A stretch of 64,000 nt of DNA from an uncultured Hyphomicrobiales bacterium (GCA_903825465.1 CAIKAR010000059.1:11971-75970), one strand, 5' to 3'; counted from the stretch's first letter, positions 45,798 through 55,430 are shown. Notes: generated by a model from the letters alone, not told the origin. Translations and numbers: made by a program.

Positions 45798-46463
45798 TCA
45801 AGCGGGGGCGTCGCCCGCCTTCGCTTCGCGAAGCCGCGTGGAGGACATCTCGCTGCGGGGGCCATGCAGGAATACAAAGGCCGGGGGCTTTAAATTGGGT
45901 AAATCCACCGCCTCGTGTTCGCGCAACTGAAAGGCGGACAGATACGCGCCCGCGGGCGATCGCGTCGCGCGCAGCGTGGAAGCGGGGCGATCCACGACCG
46001 CGACGCCGACCATGTCGGCGATCCCGCGCCAATTCCGCCAACGGTTAAAGCCCGCGAGGTTGTCGGCGCCCATGATCCAGACAAAACGCGTGTCGGGGCA
46101 ACGCCGCCTCAGCCAGCCGATCGTGTCGGCGGTGTAGCGGGCCCCAATCTCGGCTTCGAAACCGGTGACATCGATGCGGGGATGGCGCGCCATGTCGCGG
46201 GCCGCCGCCATGCGTTCGGCGAGATCGGGCAAACCGTTGTTTTGCTTGAGCGGATTGCCCGGCGTGACGAGCCACCAGACGCGGTCGAGGCCAAGCCGCG
46301 ACAGGGCGATCAGGCTGGCGAGCCGGTGCCCCTCGTGCGGCGGATTGAACGTGCCGCCGAACAGGCCGACGCGCAGCCCCGCGGCGCGGCTCGGCAAGCG
46401 GACAGGCCCGTTGCGCGCCCCGGCCGCGCGCCGCCATTCCGGTTTCGGAGGGCTTTTGCTCAT
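45798..46463 (-). CDS. nadD: Nicotinate-nucleotide adenylyltransferase
   Basis: GLFGGTFNPPHEGH, TPGNPLK, WIMGADNL, SSTRLR. Confidence 0.95.
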   Translation of the reverse strand: MSKSPPKPEWRRAAGARNGPVRLPSRAAGLRVGLFGGTFNPPHEGHRLASLIALSRLGLDRVWWLVTPGNPLKQNNGLPDLAERMAAARDMARHPRIDVTGFEAEIGARYTADTIGWLRRRCPDTRFVWIMGADNLAGFNRWRNWRGIADMVGVAVVDRPASTLRATRSPAGAYLSAFQLREHEAVDLPNLKPPAFVFLHGPRSEMSSTRLREAKAGDAPA

Positions 46464-46580
46464 TATGATCAAAATGAAGGGAGACGCGGGGGAAGGCAAG
46501 GGCGCGCGAGTCGCCGCGAGTCCAATTGACACCCGCGCCCTCGCCGCGCGACGATGCGCCACTTACGGGAGGACCGCGCG

Positions 46581-47540
46581 TTGCAGGGCAAGATTGTCAT
46601 CGAGGAGCATTTCGCCATACCGGAGACGAACGGCGTCAAGAACCGCGTCGCCTCGCCTTATTGGGACGGACTCAACGCCAAGCTGCTTGATTTTGAAAAC
46701 ATGCGGTTGGACGAGATGGACAAGGGCGGCATCGAGCTTGCCATCGTCTCGCTCAACGCGCCCGCGGTGCAGGGCGTCGATTCGCCGAAGGAAGCCGTCG
46801 ATGTCGCGCGGCGCGCCAACGACGCGCTGGCCGAGCAGGTCCGCCGCCGGCCCGAGCGCTTCCAGGGTTTCGCGGCTTTGCCCTTGCAGGACCCGGACGC
46901 CGCCGCGCGGGAATTTCAACGCTGCGTGCGCGACCTCGGCTTCAAGGGCGCGCTCGTCAACGGCTATTCCAACGGGCCGGACGGCAAGACCGGGCTCTAT
47001 TACGACGCGCCGATGTATCGGCCCTTCTGGGCGGAGGTCGAAAAGCTCGGTGTTCCCTTTTACCTGCACCCCCGCGATCCCCCGCCGAGCGACCGCTACG
47101 CCGGCATTCCATGGCTGGTGGGCTCGGCCTGGAGTTTCGCGGAAGAAACCTCGCTGCACGCCCTGCGCTTGTTGAGCGGCGGCTTGTTCGACGAACACCC
47201 GAAGCTGCAACTCATTCTAGGCCACCTTGGCGAGCGTATTCCCTACGACATCTGGCGGTTGGAGCACCGGCTGAAATACCGCCCGGATTGTCCGGCGAAA
47301 AAGCCGTTGTCGCAATATCTGCGCGAGAATGTGTGGTTGACCACGTCGGGGCATTTCCGCACCCAGACGCTGATAAACGCGATGCTCGAAGTCGGCGCCG
47401 ACCGCATCCTGTTTTCCGTGGACTACCCCTACGAAGACACGCAACCGGGCACGACCTGGTTCGATCACGCCGAAATCTCGGAGACCGACCGGTTGAAAAT
47501 CGGGCGGACCAACGCGATGAAACTATTCAACCTCGGATAA
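46581..47540 (+). CDS. gamma-Resorcylate (2,6-dihydroxybenzoate) decarboxylase-like amidohydrolase
   Basis: TTG start after GGAGG; QGKIVIEEHFAIPET, SLNAPAVQ, ALPLQDPDAA, FYLHPR, FRTQTLI..GADRILFSVDYP closely follow the Rhizobium enzyme as I recall it. Confidence 0.88.
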   Translation: MQGKIVIEEHFAIPETNGVKNRVASPYWDGLNAKLLDFENMRLDEMDKGGIELAIVSLNAPAVQGVDSPKEAVDVARRANDALAEQVRRRPERFQGFAALPLQDPDAAAREFQRCVRDLGFKGALVNGYSNGPDGKTGLYYDAPMYRPFWAEVEKLGVPFYLHPRDPPPSDRYAGIPWLVGSAWSFAEETSLHALRLLSGGLFDEHPKLQLILGHLGERIPYDIWRLEHRLKYRPDCPAKKPLSQYLRENVWLTTSGHFRTQTLINAMLEVGADRILFSVDYPYEDTQPGTTWFDHAEISETDRLKIGRTNAMKLFNLG

Positions 47541-47567
47541 AAATCCAGGATCACAAGGGAGGCTCTC

Positions 47568-48323
47568 ATGCGCAAGTCGTCATTCGGATTGGCTTTTGGT
47601 TTTGTTCTCGCGACAGGCGCGGCGGGCGCCGCCGATCTCAAGGTGCTGACGGTGGGCGGGTTGCAAAAGCCGATCACGCCAATCTCCGCGGATTTTGAAA
47701 AGGAGAGCGGCAACAAGGTCGCCTTCACTTTCACCAACCCGGCTGAACTCGACAAGGCGCTGGCGGGAGGCGCCTACGACGCCGTCGTCGTCGCCGACGC
47801 CTCTATCGACGCTCTCGAAAAGGCGGGCAAGATCGTCGCCGCGAGCCACGCGAAAGTGGTGCGCGGCGGCATCGGCGTCGCGGTGAAGGAGGGCGCGAAA
47901 TTCCCCGATGTCTCGACCCCCGACGCGTTGAAGGCGACGCTGATCGCGGCGAAGTCCATCGCCTACACGGACCCGGCCACGCCCAACGGAAGCGGCGAAA
48001 AAACCAAACAAATCCTTGAAGGGATTGGCGTCTGGGACGTGGTCGTCGCCAAGGGCAAGAAGATGAGCCTCGGGGCGGGCAAGGAAGCCGTCGCCAAGGG
48101 CGAAGAGGACATCGGCCTGTTCAACGCCAGCGAATCCGAAGCGCCGGGATGTGTGCTCGCGGGCATCATGCCCGCCTCGATCCAGCGCTACACCAACTAT
48201 GACGCTGGCGTGATGGCCGGCGGCGCCAACGCCGCCGCGGCGGAGGCTTTCGTGAAGTATTTAACGGGCAAGGCCGCGGCGGCGCGATGGACAGCGGGGC
48301 ATATGACCCCCGTAGGTGGATAA
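47568..48323 (+). CDS. Orphan ModA-like periplasmic binding-fold protein
   Basis: Signal peptide; LKVLTVGG; IGVAVKEGAKFPDVST..AKSIAYTDP. Confidence 0.8.
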   Translation: MRKSSFGLAFGFVLATGAAGAADLKVLTVGGLQKPITPISADFEKESGNKVAFTFTNPAELDKALAGGAYDAVVVADASIDALEKAGKIVAASHAKVVRGGIGVAVKEGAKFPDVSTPDALKATLIAAKSIAYTDPATPNGSGEKTKQILEGIGVWDVVVAKGKKMSLGAGKEAVAKGEEDIGLFNASESEAPGCVLAGIMPASIQRYTNYDAGVMAGGANAAAAEAFVKYLTGKAAAARWTAGHMTPVGG

Positions 48324-48349
48324 GAGGGCTTTCAACAATTGGCGGTTTG

Positions 48350-48370
48350 GGGCGGTGGTATTCACCGCCC
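48350..48370. terminator. Hairpin between convergent ModA-like and PilZ genes
   Basis: gggcggtg-gtatt-caccgccc, overlapping the PilZ stop codon. Confidence 0.5.
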
Positions 48371-48727
48371 TTGCGTCAAGGCCAGCCTGCGCAAATCCGC
48401 CAGGGGTATCTTGTTCGCCGGGGCGATAGCGACGGGGACTGGCGCGGGCGCGGCCGCCGGGATTTCGTTCCAATTGACAAACCGCAGACCTATTTCGCGG
48501 CCCTTCCGCCACACCAGTTCGGCGGCCTGTTCCGGCGCGTGGCGGCTGGCGTAAAAATAGAATCGCTGCGGAATCACGTCGGCGATGGCGACTTCGATGC
48601 GCGCGCCGGTCGCCGAAATGTCGCGAACTTTGACTTCCGTGACGTAGCCGCCGGCGTTGATGACGCGCCCGTTTGAATCCTTGACCACACGTTCGCCCAG
48701 TCGTCTGCCTGTCTCGGTGTTCATCAT
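48362..48727 (-). CDS. Single-domain PilZ protein
   Basis: RLGER (RxxxR) and DISATG (DxSxxG); VWR..EIGLRF. Confidence 0.82.
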   Translation of the reverse strand: MMNTETGRRLGERVVKDSNGRVINAGGYVTEVKVRDISATGARIEVAIADVIPQRFYFYASRHAPEQAAELVWRKGREIGLRFVNWNEIPAAAPAPVPVAIAPANKIPLADLRRLALTQGR

Positions 48728-48905
48728 GGCTCTACGTCCTTTTTTTGATCGATTAACGTCCTCTTTTTTGGTCTGCTGATGAATAATGATGCTATACAAT
48801 AATGAAAAAAGTGTCGCTTTTACGTCGATAAGACTAAAGTTATACACTGCCTCGCGGAACTCTTGCTCAAGCCAAGCTGCGGAAAATAAACCTCGCAAAA
48901 GGCGC

Positions 48906-48921
48906 TGGCACCCGCCTTGCT
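48906..48921 (+). promoter_or_regulatory. sigma54 (RpoN) -24/-12 promoter of the FNT-nirA operon
   Basis: TGGCAC-ccgcc-TTGCT, exact GG-N10-GC spacing. Confidence 0.85.
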
Positions 48922-48992
48922 TGCTCTTTCGACAGCCCCGACGTCGGCCAGGCTCATCCACGCCGCCGCCGTGATTCGAGAAAGGACAGGCC

Positions 48993-49829
48993 ATGAGTGA
49001 CTATGTGAAGCCGGCCGATGTCGCGATATCGATGCTCAACGCCGGGGTGGGCAAACTGGCGCTGCCGCCGCGCGATCTTGTCATCCGGGGCATGCTTTCC
49101 GGCGCTATTCTGGGCGTTGCCACCACGCTCGCCTTCACCGGCGCGGTGACAACAGGCCAACCCATTGTAGGCGCCATCATCTTCCCGGTCGGCCTCGTCA
49201 GCATCGTCCTGCTGGGGCTCGAACTGGTGACTGGCAGCTTCGCGCTTGTGCCCCTGCCGTGGCTCGAAGGTCGCGCCACAGCGGGCGATGTGCTTAAAAA
49301 TTGGGCATGGGTGATGCTCGGCAATCTCTTGGGCAGCGTCCTTTATGGCGTTCTCGCCGCGATTGTCCTGACCAACATGTGGACGCTCGCGCCCGCCGGT
49401 GTCGCGGCGCGCGTGGTGAGTGTCGCCGAGGCTAAAACCAACGCCTATGCGGCCATCGGCGCCGCCGGATGGATCACCTGCTTCGTTCGCGCCATGCTGT
49501 GCAACTGGATGGTGTGCCTCGCCGTCGTGCTGGCGATGACAACAACCTCCGCCGCGGGCAAGGTGATCGCCGCCTGGCTTCCCATTTTCATCTTCTTCGC
49601 GCAGGGGTTTGAGCACCTCGTCGTCAACTTCTTCATCATTCCCACGGGGATGATGATGGGCGCGAAGGTTTCCCTGTTCAGCTGGCTGTTCTGGAACGCG
49701 ATTCCCGTCACCCTCGGCAACATTGTCGGCGGCTTCGTCTTCACCGGTCTCGCCATCTACTGGACATATCGGCCGAAAGCCTCGGTTCCGGACGCGATGC
49801 CGGCCGCCGTGCCCGCCGCCGCAGAATAA
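48993..49829 (+). CDS. Formate/nitrite transporter (FNT, NirC-like)
   Basis: LELVTGS, GNLLG, AMLCNWMVCLA, GFEHLVVNF, TLGNIVGG. Confidence 0.92.
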   Translation: MSDYVKPADVAISMLNAGVGKLALPPRDLVIRGMLSGAILGVATTLAFTGAVTTGQPIVGAIIFPVGLVSIVLLGLELVTGSFALVPLPWLEGRATAGDVLKNWAWVMLGNLLGSVLYGVLAAIVLTNMWTLAPAGVAARVVSVAEAKTNAYAAIGAAGWITCFVRAMLCNWMVCLAVVLAMTTTSAAGKVIAAWLPIFIFFAQGFEHLVVNFFIIPTGMMMGAKVSLFSWLFWNAIPVTLGNIVGGFVFTGLAIYWTYRPKASVPDAMPAAVPAAAE

Positions 49830-49843
49830 TCGAAGCCCGTAAA

Positions 49844-51628
49844 ATGAGCGATATGAGCCAAGACTTTTCGGCGGAGCAGAAGCGTTTTCTCGAAGGCTTC
49901 ACCTCCGGTCTCCAAATCGCGCGCGCCGCCGGCGCGGTGGCGGTGGGTGGCGTGCCTGTTCCCTCCGCTCCCGCGGCGCCGTCGGGTCCCGACGCGGCGC
50001 ATCTCGCCGCCATGGCGAGGACGGAAGCCGACGGCAAAAAGCTGGTCGATCAGGAGAAGTGGAAGCGGTCCGAACATCCGTTCGACGCCTACGAGCGGTT
50101 TCGGCGTCAGGCGCGCTCGGGGGCGTTTCCGAAACCCGACGACAACTTCCGCTGGCGCTTCCACGGCCTGTTTTATGTCGCGCCCAATCAAGATTCCTAC
50201 ATGTGCCGGCTGCGCCTGCCCAACGGAATTCTAACCGGTTGGCAGATGAAGGGCGCCGCCGACATCGCCGAGACTCTCGGTGGCGGCTACGCTCATGTGA
50301 CGACGCGCGCCAATCTGCAAATCCGCGAAATCAAGGCGGCGGCCGCCCCCGACGTGCTCGAAGGCCTGGCGTGTCTTGGCCTCGCCACCAAGGGCTCCGG
50401 GGCCGACAACATTCGCAACGTCACGGGCTCGGCGACGGCTGGCATCGACCCCGGCGAATTGCTCGACACCCGCGCGCAGGCGCGCGACTGGCACCACCAC
50501 ATCCTCAACGACCGCTCGCTCTATGGCTTGCCGCGCAAGTTCAACGTCGCCTTCGACGGCGGCGGCGTGGTGGCGACGCTGGAAGACACCAACGACATCG
50601 GCTTTCAAGCGGTGCGCGTTAAGGAAGGCGCGGGCGTCGCGCCGGGAATATGGTGCCGCCTCGCGCTTGGCGGCATCACCGGACACCGCGACATGGCCCG
50701 CGACACGGGCGTCGTTGTCGCGCCGGACCAGACAACGGCTGTCGCCGACGCCATCACGCGGGTCTTCGTCGACAAGGGCGACAGGACGAACCGGACGAAG
50801 GCGCGTTTGAAATACGTTCTGGATTCGATGGGGTTCGAAGCCTTTCTCGCCGCGGTCGAGGAAAAGCTCGGCGGCAAATTGCCGCGCGTGGACCCGGCGT
50901 TCGTCGAGACGCGCCCAGCGGTCGACCGGCTCGCGCATAACGGCGTCCACAAGCAGAGGCAGGCGGGCCTTAACTGGATCGGCGTTTGGACGCCGCTCGG
51001 CAAAATGACCGCCGCGCAGATGCGCGCGCTCGGCGACATCGCCAACACGCTTGGCGACGGCGATATCAGGCTTACCGTGTGGCAAAACCTTTTGATCTCC
51101 GGCGTCGCCGACGCGAACGTTTCGCGCGTGAGGGAACTGATCGCCGCGGCCGGCCTCGCGGTCGAGGTGTCGAACGCGCGCGCCGGGCTTGTCGCCTGCA
51201 CCGGCAACAAGGGCTGCAAATTCGCGGCTTCCGACACAAAGAGCCACGCGCTCGAAATCGCCGACCATCTCGACGCGCGATTGACGCTCGACACGCCAGT
51301 CAACATTCACCTCACCGGCTGCCACCACTCCTGCGCGCAGCACTATATCGGCGACATCGGACTGCTCGCCGTGAAAGTGACGGTGAACGCCGACGGCGAT
51401 CAGGTCGAGGGCTATCACCTCTGCGTAGGCGGCGGTTACGCGGACAAAGGCAAGATCGGCCGGGAAATCCATCCCGACATGAAGGCCGCCGACGCGCCAA
51501 AAGTCGTGGAATCATATCTGCGCGCCTATCTGAAACACCGCGCAAGCCCCGACGAGGCCTTCTTCGGCTTCGCCAATCGCCTCGACGACGACGCCTTGCG
51601 CAAGCTCGCGGCGGAGGAAATGTCGTGA
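49844..51628 (+). CDS. nirA: Siroheme nitrite reductase, NirA family
   Basis: RWRFHGLF, HVTTRANLQIR, GSGADNIRN, LPRKFN, ACTGNKGC, GCHHSCAQH. Confidence 0.88.
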   Translation: MSDMSQDFSAEQKRFLEGFTSGLQIARAAGAVAVGGVPVPSAPAAPSGPDAAHLAAMARTEADGKKLVDQEKWKRSEHPFDAYERFRRQARSGAFPKPDDNFRWRFHGLFYVAPNQDSYMCRLRLPNGILTGWQMKGAADIAETLGGGYAHVTTRANLQIREIKAAAAPDVLEGLACLGLATKGSGADNIRNVTGSATAGIDPGELLDTRAQARDWHHHILNDRSLYGLPRKFNVAFDGGGVVATLEDTNDIGFQAVRVKEGAGVAPGIWCRLALGGITGHRDMARDTGVVVAPDQTTAVADAITRVFVDKGDRTNRTKARLKYVLDSMGFEAFLAAVEEKLGGKLPRVDPAFVETRPAVDRLAHNGVHKQRQAGLNWIGVWTPLGKMTAAQMRALGDIANTLGDGDIRLTVWQNLLISGVADANVSRVRELIAAAGLAVEVSNARAGLVACTGNKGCKFAASDTKSHALEIADHLDARLTLDTPVNIHLTGCHHSCAQHYIGDIGLLAVKVTVNADGDQVEGYHLCVGGGYADKGKIGREIHPDMKAADAPKVVESYLRAYLKHRASPDEAFFGFANRLDDDALRKLAAEEMS

Positions 51629-53226
51629 GCGCGCCCATCCTCGCGACGCCGATGTTGTTGATCCCCGAGAGCGCGCCTTTCACGGCGGAGCAGCGCGCCT
51701 GGCTTTCAGGCCTGTTCGCCGCGACCCTGACCCATGGAGTCCAGGGCGCGACCGCGTTGTCGCCGGGAGAGGCTCAGAACCTCGCGCCCTCGGCGCCGGC
51801 GCTGGCCAGCAACGACGACGCGCCCTGGCACGATCCAGCGATGGCGCTCGACGACCGCATGAAGCTCGCCGAAGCCAAGCCTCTCGCGCCGAAACTGATG
51901 GCCGCGATGGCGCAGCAGGATTGTGGCCAATGCGGCTACAATTGCGCCGACTACGCCAACGCGCTTTTCGAAAAAAAGGAGGAGCGTCTCAACCTCTGCG
52001 CGCCCGGGGGCAAGGACACCGCGCGCATGTTGAAGCTGCTCGCCCTGGAAATCGGCGCGGCTCCAAAGGCCTCGACGGAGCCCGCCGCCGCGGAGGCGGG
52101 GCCGGTAATCGCGCCCGGAAGCGGGCGTGAGAACCCCGTCGCCGCGCGCTTCGCCGGCCGTCGAAAGCTCACCGGCGAAGGTTCCGGCAAGGACGCCTGG
52201 CACATCGACTTCGACCTTTCCGACACGGGTCTCGACTATTCCGTCGGCGATTCCTTCGGCATTTTTCCGACCAACGATCCGGGGCTTTGCGACCAGATCG
52301 CGGCGATGCTCGGCGCGTCGCCGGCGATGGAGGCGCGTGGCAAGACCCTGCGCGACGCGCTGCGCGAAGACGTTTCGCTTGGCGCGGCGCCCGACACATT
52401 GTTCGAGTTGCTGTCCTACGTCACCGGCGGCAAGGCGCGGGACAAGGCCCGCGCGCTGGCGCAGGGCGGCGACCCCGACGGCGACGCCGCGACGCTCGAC
52501 GTGATGGCGGCGCTGCAGAAATTTTTCGGCGCGCGCGTGCACCCAGAGGCGTTTCTCGACGCGCTCGAACCGATGCAGCCGCGGCTCTATTCGATCTCGT
52601 CGTCGCCCAAAGCCGCGCCGGGCAAGCTGTCGCTGACAGTGGACGCGGTTCGCTATGTCGTCGGCAAGCGGAAACGCGTCGGCGTCGCCTCGACGTTCCT
52701 CGCCGACCGCGTGGAAACCGGCGGCATCGTCAAGACCTATGTTCAAAAGGCCCACAACTTCGCGCTCCCCGCCGATCCCGCGACGCCGATCGTCATGATT
52801 GGCCCCGGCACCGGCGTCGCGCCCTTTCGCGCGTTCCTGCAGGAGCGCGAGGCGACGAAGGCGCCCGGCAAAAACTGGCTCTTCTTCGGCCACCAGCGTC
52901 AAATGTCGGATTTCTTCTACCGCGACGAACTCGACAGAATGCGCGAAACCAAAGTCCTGACGCGCCTGTCGTTGGCGTGGTCGCGCGACGGCGCCACGAA
53001 ATACTACGTGCAGGACCGCATGCGCGAGGTTGGCGCGGCGCTGTGGCAATGGCTCGCCGAGGGCGCGCATATCTATATTTGCGGCGACGCCAAGCGGATG
53101 GCGAAAGACGTCGAAGCGGCGCTCGTCGACATTGTGGCTCAACATGGCGCGCGCGCGACCGAGGACGCCATCGATTTCGTCAGGGGCCTGAAGAAAAACG
53201 GCCGCTTCCAGGCCGACGTTTACTGA
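51625..53226 (+). CDS. Fe-S domain + FAD/NADPH reductase (CysJ-alpha-like, no flavodoxin domain)
   Basis: GTGA overlap; QQDCGQCGYNC..CAPGG; PRLYSISSS; MIGPGTGVAPFR; YVQDRM; YICGDA; RFQADVY. Confidence 0.88.
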   Translation: MSAPILATPMLLIPESAPFTAEQRAWLSGLFAATLTHGVQGATALSPGEAQNLAPSAPALASNDDAPWHDPAMALDDRMKLAEAKPLAPKLMAAMAQQDCGQCGYNCADYANALFEKKEERLNLCAPGGKDTARMLKLLALEIGAAPKASTEPAAAEAGPVIAPGSGRENPVAARFAGRRKLTGEGSGKDAWHIDFDLSDTGLDYSVGDSFGIFPTNDPGLCDQIAAMLGASPAMEARGKTLRDALREDVSLGAAPDTLFELLSYVTGGKARDKARALAQGGDPDGDAATLDVMAALQKFFGARVHPEAFLDALEPMQPRLYSISSSPKAAPGKLSLTVDAVRYVVGKRKRVGVASTFLADRVETGGIVKTYVQKAHNFALPADPATPIVMIGPGTGVAPFRAFLQEREATKAPGKNWLFFGHQRQMSDFFYRDELDRMRETKVLTRLSLAWSRDGATKYYVQDRMREVGAALWQWLAEGAHIYICGDAKRMAKDVEAALVDIVAQHGARATEDAIDFVRGLKKNGRFQADVY

Positions 53227-53270
53227 GCTTCGCGCGAATAGCTAAATCCGCGCGCTCAGGCGCAGCCGCG

Positions 53271-54314
53271 TCAAATCGGCCGCGTCGCCACCCAGTTCAC
53301 GCCGTCGATGGTGGCATGCGCCGTCAAAACGGCGCAAGCGCCGGCCGGCGCGTCGCCGAGATCGCCGCCGGCGACGGCCTCAAGCGGATAGGAGCCGCGG
53401 CATTCCTCAAGCAGCCAGCGATCCAGCCGCGCGCCCGGCACGCGCGCGATCGCGGCCGCGGCTTGCGGGCCGATATCGGCGGCCGGATCGTTGCGCGCGA
53501 TGAGCGCGTCGAGCGCCGCCTCCAGCGTGGCGAAGCGCGCGGCGATGGCGGCGTTCGTCGAGAGCGAGCGCGTCCGCCGGACCCATGTCGACTTGTAGGC
53601 GATGGACGCGCGGATGGCGAAGGACGCGCCCGTTTCGCCGGCGCGGTCGACGCGCGCGAAGCCGACGCCGCGCCCGAGGTCCGGCGCGATGGTGATGTTG
53701 ACGTCCTCCGCCCGCGCGTCGCGCGCCGATTTTTCGATGGCGCCGGCGAGCGTGTTGGCGCCGCGTTCCGGCGACGAGTCGATCAGCGCCAGCGCGTCGC
53801 GCGCGATCACCGCTGCGTGCGCGAACAATCCGCGCTCGGCGTCGTCGCGCTTCGCGCGTTCGGCGGCGAACAGCGCGGTCGCGTCGACCAGCGCGAGGCC
53901 GGGCGCCGTTTCCAGCAATTCCGCGGCCTGAACGCTCGGCAGCATGTCGAGGTCCAGCACGCCGAGCCTCCGCGCGCCGCTGGCTTTCAGGCGCTTGGCG
54001 AAATATTCGGCGGGCTTCGGCGTCGTCGTCAATTCGCCGACGGGCGTCACCGCGCGCATCCATTCGGCGACGCGCTTCGACAGCGCCGTCGCGAAATCCA
54101 GCTCCCCCGCGGGCGGCGCGAAGAGCAGGCCTTCGGACCAGTAGGGCGTGAAGCCGATGAGCCACGACACCGCCGCGGGCCGCGCGATGTTGGTGTAGAT
54201 CACGAGGCCGTCGAGGTTTTCGCGCGCCATCGCCGATTGCAGGCGCGCGCGCCGCGCGGCGAGCGCGGCTTTCGGCAGTTCGGCTTCGTCCCAGCCATAA
54301 TATCCGCGGCGCAT
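53271..54314 (-). CDS. Degenerate M24-fold protein, copy 2
   Basis: MRRGYYGWDEAELP..RARLQSAM..LVIY; GFTPYWSE; YKSTWVRRTR; no metal ligands. Confidence 0.7.
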   Translation of the reverse strand: MRRGYYGWDEAELPKAALAARRARLQSAMARENLDGLVIYTNIARPAAVSWLIGFTPYWSEGLLFAPPAGELDFATALSKRVAEWMRAVTPVGELTTTPKPAEYFAKRLKASGARRLGVLDLDMLPSVQAAELLETAPGLALVDATALFAAERAKRDDAERGLFAHAAVIARDALALIDSSPERGANTLAGAIEKSARDARAEDVNITIAPDLGRGVGFARVDRAGETGASFAIRASIAYKSTWVRRTRSLSTNAAIAARFATLEAALDALIARNDPAADIGPQAAAAIARVPGARLDRWLLEECRGSYPLEAVAGGDLGDAPAGACAVLTAHATIDGVNWVATRPI

Positions 54315-54323
54315 GGCGAGCCC

Positions 54324-55430
54324 TCAGTAAGCGACTTGAAACAATTCGCGGGACAGCGAGCCAAGCGACTCGTGGCCATTCTCGCGCACGACGATGGTGT
54401 CGCCAAGCACCATGTAGCCGGCGTCGGGATGGTAGGTGTTGGGGTGCACGATGATCGTCGAGTCGCCGACGACCGGCAGCGCGACATCCTCGAGGATTTG
54501 CGGGCGCTGGTCGGGGAACAACCCGATGCCGTGGCCGCGCACGCGCGTGTATTCCGACGTGACGTAGTCGCCGAGGCCATATTTGCGAAACACGTCGTTC
54601 TCGGCCTTGGCGATGTCGCTCGCCTTCACGCCCGACTTCACCACCGCGAGGCCGGCGTCGAGCGCCTCCTGGTAAACCGCGAAGGACTTGAGCTGGACGT
54701 CGCTCGCCTTGCCCGCGACAAGCGTGCGGCACACCTGCGCGTAATATCCATCGACGCAGGGCGTGAGCTCGGTTGTCACGAGGTCGCCCGCTTTGACGAT
54801 CTTGCCGACCGGCGGCGCCATGCCGCGCACCTCGACGCCGCCGACGCCGATGATCATGAAGTTTTCCGGCACCTTATGGACCCGGAAAAACGCCTCGATG
54901 GCGGCGATCAACTCGTAGTCCTTGGCGCCGGGAACAGCCGCGTCGCGGAAAACCTTGTAGCCCTCGTCGGCGAGCTTGGCGGCGCGGCGCGCGGCGTCGA
55001 GTTCGAAGTCGCGCTTGGCCATCAACAAATGTTCGATCAAGGCGGCGCCGTCGGATATGCGCAAATCCTTCGCCTCGCGCGTGAGGCCGTAGGGCATCAG
55101 CCGCCACGGCGCGGCGGCGACGCGGCGGTTGCCGGCGCGGCCGAGCATGCTTTTGGCGGCCTCGATCAACTTTGGAGCGAAGACCACGTCGCACGCGGTT
55201 TCAAGCTTCGCGCGCTCGGCTTCGCCGGCGTCGTCGAGCAACAGCGTCGTCGTTCCGTCGCGCCCAACGAGCGCCAACGCCTGCCCCTCTTGAATCCCGA
55301 AATCCGTCGCGTAGCGCAGCGAATCCGCGTGCCAGTTGTTGCCGTAGACAAGCAGCGCGTCGATGTCGGCGCGGGCCATCTCCTCGCGCAGGATCGCGCT
55401 TCGAGCGTTGTGCAGGGCCGAGGCGTTCAT
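54324..55430 (-). CDS. M24 family protein with non-canonical ligands, copy 2
   Basis: KRDFELDAARRAA, GDLVTTELTPC, AQVCRT, RVRGHGIG, VHPNTY. Confidence 0.85.
   Translation of the reverse strand: MNASALHNARSAILREEMARADIDALLVYGNNWHADSLRYATDFGIQEGQALALVGRDGTTTLLLDDAGEAERAKLETACDVVFAPKLIEAAKSMLGRAGNRRVAAAPWRLMPYGLTREAKDLRISDGAALIEHLLMAKRDFELDAARRAAKLADEGYKVFRDAAVPGAKDYELIAAIEAFFRVHKVPENFMIIGVGGVEVRGMAPPVGKIVKAGDLVTTELTPCVDGYYAQVCRTLVAGKASDVQLKSFAVYQEALDAGLAVVKSGVKASDIAKAENDVFRKYGLGDYVTSEYTRVRGHGIGLFPDQRPQILEDVALPVVGDSTIIVHPNTYHPDAGYMVLGDTIVVRENGHESLGSLSRELFQVAY

Noticed and set aside
48744-48760. FixK/FNR or CtrA box
   Set aside because: TTGATCGATTAAC fits neither TTGAT-N4-ATCAA nor TTAA-N7-TTAA spacing.
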